The notes below the pieces were generated by a model. It made no database searches and was not told the origin of the DNA. It worked only from the letters and a program-made list of their open reading frames with translations. A stretch of 58,476 nucleotides of DNA, counting the filler, from Trichosphaerium sp. ATCC 40318 (lineage: Eukaryota; Protista; Tubulinea): the NCBI GenBank assembly GCA_038496445.1. It is 2 parts of 2 records of this genome, joined end to end, with 100 filler letters (N's around TTAATTAATTAA, not from the genome) between each part and the next. Parts side by side here need not be neighbours in the genome. Positions count along the whole stretch, not along the records: positions 27,717 to 58,476 come from JALMLS010000357.1; 1 more part is not named here. The stretch is one strand, 5' to 3'. This document shows positions 51,958 to 58,476 of this stretch, piece by piece. Every line of letters begins with the position of its first letter. Position 1 is the first letter of the stretch. The position numbers and the translations under genes were made by a program.

Positions 51958-52944
51958 TTAGTACATATTTACGCCCTTACTTTCAAGTGCAGTAACAACT
52001 GTCGTCTTTAATCTACTAGCAGTGCTAATCACTTTGGTCAAATTATTAAGCCCAAGCAAACCATCACCATTAATATTTGGACAGGACATCATACATAGCA
52101 TTGAAACATCATCAAGGTTAGAAACACCTTCATCTGTTACATATTTACAAAATGATATGTCAACAATCCTTATTCCTTTCAATAACTTCATACCTTCGTT
52201 GGTGATGTTTGTACGTTGCAATATAACCCTATTTGCACCACATAATGCCTGTAAACATTCATCTGTAATCTTAGTACCTGATAAATCAATATCTTTTACA
52301 CCTGCCAACTCTTTGACACCATCATCTGTTATTCCTTTACAATACCCCAGGTTGATAGTATGAGCTCCTTTTAAAGCTTTCAGACACTTGCTTGTAATAT
52401 TAGTGAATGATAAATCAATTGTGTGTACTCCATATAACGCTTGAACACCTTCATCTGTTATTAGTTTATTGCAACTAAGACCAATTTTATGAACACCAGC
52501 AAATAGCTTTACACATTTATCTGTGACTCCTGTTAATGCCAAATTAATCTCTTGTACACCAACCAACGCCTTTACACCATCATACGTTATTTGTTTACAG
52601 CGACGCAAGTTGATAGTTCTCACACCTTGAAGTAAGTGTAGTTGACTGTCTGTAACATTGTCTTTGAAGGTTGTCCTGAAAAGAATTGCTGTATTTTTAA
52701 GCAGAGGGCTTCCGAAAAGCATAGTTATTTCGTTTTGAGTTTTGACGCATATTTTGCCATAGCCGACGTGTTTATGGATAATATCATGCAAGAAATGGCA
52801 CGTTTGGGCTGAACGGAGGGTAAACTTGCCGCAGTTCATAATATGAACGATAACCTCTACTGGTAGTGCTGTAAGATCGAATATACTACGATTGATGTCA
52901 TTATTGTCGTATTGTATACTTGACGTTTCTAGCCTTTGTTCCAT
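51958..52944 (-). CDS. Intact intronless F-box/LRR protein, 328 aa
   Basis: F-box DLTALPVEVIVHIM plus about nine 21-22-aa LRRs (GVHTIDLSFTNITSKCLKALK type). Confidence 0.9.
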   Translation of the reverse strand: MEQRLETSSIQYDNNDINRSIFDLTALPVEVIVHIMNCGKFTLRSAQTCHFLHDIIHKHVGYGKICVKTQNEITMLFGSPLLKNTAILFRTTFKDNVTDSQLHLLQGVRTINLRRCKQITYDGVKALVGVQEINLALTGVTDKCVKLFAGVHKIGLSCNKLITDEGVQALYGVHTIDLSFTNITSKCLKALKGAHTINLGYCKGITDDGVKELAGVKDIDLSGTKITDECLQALCGANRVILQRTNITNEGMKLLKGIRIVDISFCKYVTDEGVSNLDDVSMLCMMSCPNINGDGLLGLNNLTKVISTASRLKTTVVTALESKGVNMY

Positions 52945-53381
52945 TTGGTTTATTGTTGGTTTGCGTTAGTAACAGCGTTTGACTAGCTTAAAAGCCAGAA
53001 GTTTAACTTAATAGCCACTTAAGTCGCCATTTAAGATCTTGGCAAGTTCCAAAGTAGGTCTTTTGGTTGTAAGTACATAGCTGATTATGGTATCAGAGCA
53101 CTCGTTCATTCGCGTATGGTACTTCAGTTACACAATCGCTTGGCTACAAAAAAAAACAACCAAGATCCTACCAGTATATCACTACATAGTGCGATAATAA
53201 AATTAAAGCTATTAACAGCTACAACTGGCAAGAGATTCAAGTGGAATAAAACCAACTTTTAAATAATTTTTTTACGTTTTATTTTTATAACCGCAAAATG
53301 TGAAGGTAGGAGTATGAGTCCTCAAAAAGGGAAAATATCGAGAACCCAATCTAGTTTTTTTTTTCGCTTGTTGAAGTTTTT

Positions 53382-56300
53382 TTACAAATTACTTGGTGTC
53401 CCTTCCGACTCTTCAAGTAGTTTCTCCTTTTCAGTAGTATGATTCATACTTGTTTCACTATTAGAGTCATCAGATGCTGTTTGAGTTAGATTAAGTTCTC
53501 CCAGTTCAATAAGAGGCTTATTCCTTCCAACACCAAGTCTGTCCGCCTCTTGAAGAATTTGCCAATCAGCAGGGAAGTACTGGCGTTGTACACTAAAAAA
53601 AAAAACATCAGCACACACAACCAAAATACATTGGCACAAAACAAATACCAACCAAAAAAAAATAAATCACGTGTTCATACTTGCACCAAAAAAACAAGAA
53701 AAAGAAAACAGAAAAAAATAAGAAAAAGTTGAACTTCATCAACCACGTACTACATGAAACATAGGTCAATAACAGCCGTTGCTGTAGGTACCCATACAAT
53801 ATAGAAATAGAAAGACCCAGCTGTGAAAGATCTCAAAGTTACCATAAGCAAGCTAGGAACCAGATACGTAAAGTCATTCTCAACCCATAACATAATAACA
53901 TAAATGACAATACTCAAAGCCAAACCAAGCCACACAGGCCATGTCCAGTGCCTTGAAACAAGTAAGAAACTTTAAGAAAAACACGAGGTGTAGTACCGAG
54001 TAATCAGGAACATTTTAGTGTGAACCATAGCAAGACCAGCTGTGATGACATAAACACCAACAACATATAAGCCATTATCAGCTTGTCCGTTCTCTTGTAA
54101 TGAACCAATACCACCAAAGTATATTAGGAAACTACCAAAAAGAACCCATGAATGTACTATAATAGTAATGATCCAAACAGAGAAGGTACGCCAATTAAGA
54201 ATACCTATTGATGAAGTTTAAAAAAAAACCAAGAAAGGCGGGGCTTGTTCTTTCAAAGAACCAGAAAAAAAAATTACAAAATGAGTGGTACCTGCGCGAT
54301 ACTCTCTTGAAGCTTCTGGGTACTTATATATAACCTTTGGTTTAATATCTTGTTCAAATAGAGCATATAGGAAAGGAGAAAGAGACGTGAGAATAACATT
54401 ATACCCAGCAATAATCCAATCTTCATAAAGTGTCTAAAACACAAAAACTTAGTTTAAAAAACGCTTATACCTTCCTTTGACAAGTTAAAGATGATCATAC
54501 CTGTCCGGAGAAGCCACTGAACCAAGCAAAGTAGAGCTGAGCAAGGAAGACTGATAGATTCTTATAAAAACTATACTGGATAAGTCCAGCGTTTCTAAGT
54601 AAACTGTATCGTCCATGTTTCATTACTAGAGGTACTAGATGTCTTTTTCGTAAAGGACGAAACAACATTTAATTAAGCAAAGAATAAAGGGACAAAAAAC
54701 CCGCTTAAAAAGATACTTGAATTCGCGTATAGCGTAGTCAGAAGCACGTGCAGATTGTGTTCCTTCTTTACCAAAGATACCAACACCAATATGGGCTTGC
54801 TAGAGAAAAATACAGTTAGATAAACGCCAGCAGAATAGTTTGTTTTAGAAACTTTTTTTTCTTTCAAAAAATAACGGAGATCGTACTTGAATCATAGCAA
54901 CATCGTTTGCACCATCGCCAACAGCAAGGGTAATAGTTCCCTTAGCTCCTTTACGAATCATTTTAACTACATTCGCTTTTTGCTTAGGCGAAGCACGACA
55001 ACAAATAACAGACTTTGAGCGAAGTCCCAAGTCCCTAAATTCGTCCCTGTACTTAGCCAATGCAAATACCATTGCGTCTCCATCAATAATAAGAGCAATC
55101 TCTCCAAGTTTCTATAGATGCAATAATAAGAACATGACAATAATACTTTTTTGAAATATCACGTACTTTAGCTTGCTTGAGACCTTCTTTGAGTTTGTCT
55201 TGCACTACAAAAAAAGTTAATTTCGAAAAACACTCCAATGAAGGAAGTCCGTACCATCAGACTCTTTTTTGCACTTTGTTACTCTGCAAAGAGCCAATCC
55301 TGAAGGTAGGAGCTTGCATGATGTTCCAATATTAATAGCAGTCTCTTCTTTATCACCTGTAATCATCCAGACCTTCACACCAGCCTACAACAAAATACTT
55401 AGCCAAAAAACAACTTCCGAAATCCTCTTAAAACAACAAGATACTGAAGGCTCTTTCGTTTCGTACCTCTAAAAAGAAGTGTAATGTCTCTGCAACCTTA
55501 TCCTGTAATTTATCTTCAATAGCAGTAGCACCAACAAGCTCAAAGTCCTTCTCTAGAAGTTTCCAAGCCTGTTTTTTGGCTTTTTCACGCCCTTCAAGCA
55601 AAAGAGAAGCGTCCTTATATTGCTTAATATAAGCCTGATACTCTGCCTCGGTCCAACTCTTTTGACAAAGCAATAGCGTACGCAGGCCCTAAACAATACT
55701 AGTTAGATAACAATCCATACGTGAGTACAAGAAATGAGAAAACAGCGTACATTACTGCTGAACATATCAAGGTGATTTTGTGTAACTTGTACAAGCTTGC
55801 CGTCTTTCTGTTTAAGTAATTTCATCATTACAGAGTCTGCTCCCTTTGAATAAACCATAATCTTACCATCAGGATGACGTATAACAACAGTCATACGTGC
55901 ACGTTTCGATGAGAATTTAGCGAGATTCAAAAGCTCAAATTCTTGGTCTACACCTCCAATCGAAATCGTAAGTGTATTGTTGTTACGACCTTTAAAGACA
56001 TATCCGTTAATCTCTGATGCTTCCACAAGAGCAATTTCATCAGGAGATTCACCAGAATACTCAACAGTCTTCTCTACAGGAGAGTGTTAATCCAACGAGT
56101 GTTAATCCAAAAATTGAGAACAAAAAAAAAGGACTTGCCTTGAGTTGCTTCATCAGTGTACTCACTAAGCACAACAGAGTGATTAAGAACAAGGTTCAAG
56201 ATAAAATCGTTGACATCTTTATGTCCCCTCTTTTTATCCTCTACAATGTTACCTAACTGCCCCTTCAATCCTTTTGTGTATACAACACCCTTAATGGAGC

Positions 56301-58476
56301 ATTTATCAAACTTCATCTCATTTCTCGTCAATGTCCCTGTTTTATCGCTAAAAATATACTGCGTCTAAACAGAAGATCATAGTTAGCTCCTGTTCTTATC
56401 ATAGTACAAATAAGATTCTACTTATCAAGGACTCACCCGTATCAACTCGTCATTAAGGTTTGAGTTCTTTGGCGTACAGCCAAGACCCTCTGTAGTCATT
56501 TCAGTGTCCCATACCATCCAAATAGCTTGGAACAATTTTGCTAGCTCTACTGTGACCTTTTGAATAAACATAAGCAGGTGACTAACACTACAAGCTATTC
56601 ACATAGAGTGACACGTACAAAAAGAGAAATCGGAATGAAGTAAGAAAAGATGGCGAAATAACGAAGAAAGACTAATATTCCTTCAATAGCAGGATCTTCA
56701 CCTCCAGCTAAATGAGGAGAATCTCTAACTTCTCTTCCCTAGAATAAAACGGTTAAAGGATATACAAACAGAACAAATAACTCACTTGAAACAAACCACC
56801 AGCAATAGAGACAATAAGCAACATGAGAAGTTTAAAGATAAATACAGCAAGAGCGATCCTAAAACCAAATTGTTAAAGAAAGCGTAAGAAAAAATCAAGA
56901 ACCCTCACTTGTCAAGGAAACGGTCTACTTGAGACCTTTTAGAAGGTGGTGAAGATGCATTACACATAAGCTTTGTGTGCTTTCCAGGATACACCACAAT
57001 ACCATAAATCCAATCTGTGTTGCGCAAACTGCATCCCTAGAGCAAAAAAGTAAGCATAGTGAAATAAAAATGATATTGAATGACATCAATGTTACATACA
57101 CGCATGAGTAGGTTAGATGCATCAAGAGATATATCATGTTGTTCATCATTTGATCCAACAGTAATATTGGTAGTCGCTTTGAACTTACTGAGGAGTGCCC
57201 TCGGCGCTTCAGCTTTTAGAGTTCCCTTCAACAATATTAGACCTTATTTATCTAAAAACAAGCTAGAGAAGAAATGAAAAAAAAAAATCACGTGCCTTAA
57301 TGTTGCATAGCTCATTAACATCAAACTCAGCTGTAACACTAATACTTTGCCTGGATTTTAAGGCTGTTTCACTAAAGAATGAGAGAGTTAAGACGAATTG
57401 TATTGCACAATAATACAATTACATTCAAAAAAAATCAAAATAAAAACTTGCCCATCTAAACTAGACGTTTCTATGTAACAGCGACCACCAGTAGATGATG
57501 AAGATATACATACAAGATCAGCGGGGAAAGCTCCTTTTCTTGAAACCTGTAGGCCTTGTTAACCAAAAAAAACAAGCAAAGAAACACAATAAAAGAAAAA
57601 TTTTTTGAGTAATCAGGCGCCAACTAAGGCCTATAAGCGTTCCCCAATTTGTTACAAATACATAAGCAATGTGAAAATTTTTAAGCGTTAGACTATACAA
57701 TGTATATCCAATCAAAAAAAAAGTATTTCAAGGAATCAAAAAAGAAAAGCAGACCGTCTTCCGGACTTACGGACTTACTCTTATAATATCACCCGTGTGT
57801 ATATCTTTACTCTTTTTAACAACTATAGCCTTACTAACTGGATCATAAACATCAAACTTTCTGTTATTCTCCTTCTCATCTTCTCTCCAACGTTTCTTTT
57901 CGAAAACAAAATAAGCAAATGAAACATAAAAAAAAAAGAAAATACTCGTACATAGTCTTCGTATCCTTCTTTAACCATAGCAACACCCACTACAAATACA
58001 AGAGGGAATATTGAACTGAATGGATTCAATGAAGAGGCCGCAGGAATAAGAGTAATAATAGCAACCAACAAGAAATAAATATTCGCAACTCTAAAAAGAA
58101 AGTCAATAATACTCACTAATCAGCCAACACAATTATTAATGAAGTGCTTATTCTTTTTCCCAAACAACAGGAAACAACAATAAAAAATATTTCACAAAAA
58201 AAAGATGACACGTGAGACACCAAACGAAAAGACTTTACAACATTCAAAAAAGAAATAAAAATCAACCCAAGGTTTTTTTTATGTTTGTTCGCATGACGTA
58301 CCGTCTGAACTGTTCATAAAGTTGTCTTGGAAAAAATGTAAGTGCTGTGTACTTTGTTGTTGTATAAATATTCTTCTTGAACTTCTAAACAGGGTGTCAC
58401 CACAATTAGAAAGAGAACTAAAAATAAAAAAACTCCAAAATAAAATAAAAAATAAATAAATAAAAAATCATACTCA
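53382..58476 (-). CDS. P4-type ATPase (phospholipid flippase), multi-exon, 5' end near or beyond the window edge
   Basis: [91 protein letters not shown]. Confidence 0.95.

Noticed and set aside
31089-52363. Antisense ORFs over LRR genes (31089-31271, 37532-37732, 41951-42157, 52022-52363)
   Set aside because: Shadows of repetitive sense-strand codons.

Overview
AT-rich, intron-dense eukaryotic genomic DNA with short GT-AG introns and CTAAC/CTGAC-like branch points. An amoebozoan-like protist is my inference only. Housekeeping genes sit at the two flanks: GH2 beta-galactosidase, DHX37/Dhr1 helicase, a TKL kinase, a multipass membrane protein, an eIF1/SUI1-like gene and tRNA-Arg(UCG) on the left; a GH18 chitinase, a PAN+PLAT secreted protein and a P4-ATPase on the right. 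Between them lies a rearranged accessory zone (about 17-44 kb) with a 100-bp artificial scaffold linker at 27617-27716. The accessory zone has two stand-out systems. (1) At 16.9-25.6 kb: two free-standing, spliced I-PpoI-type His-Cys-box endonuclease genes plus a nuclease-less derivative, in duplicated cassettes that each carry the 5' 53 nt of the neighbouring tRNA-Arg gene, cut off at the T-loop. (2) At 30.5-39.2 kb: an intronless F-box/LRR gene split by two hAT-type MITEs (8-bp TSDs). One MITE carries a nested 5.2-kb piggyBac-like transposon with an apparent ATAT target duplication, and its spliced gene appears to fuse a USP/C19-like cysteine protease and a possible chromo-like segment to the DDD transposase. 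All exon structures and domain calls were made by eye and need confirmation.
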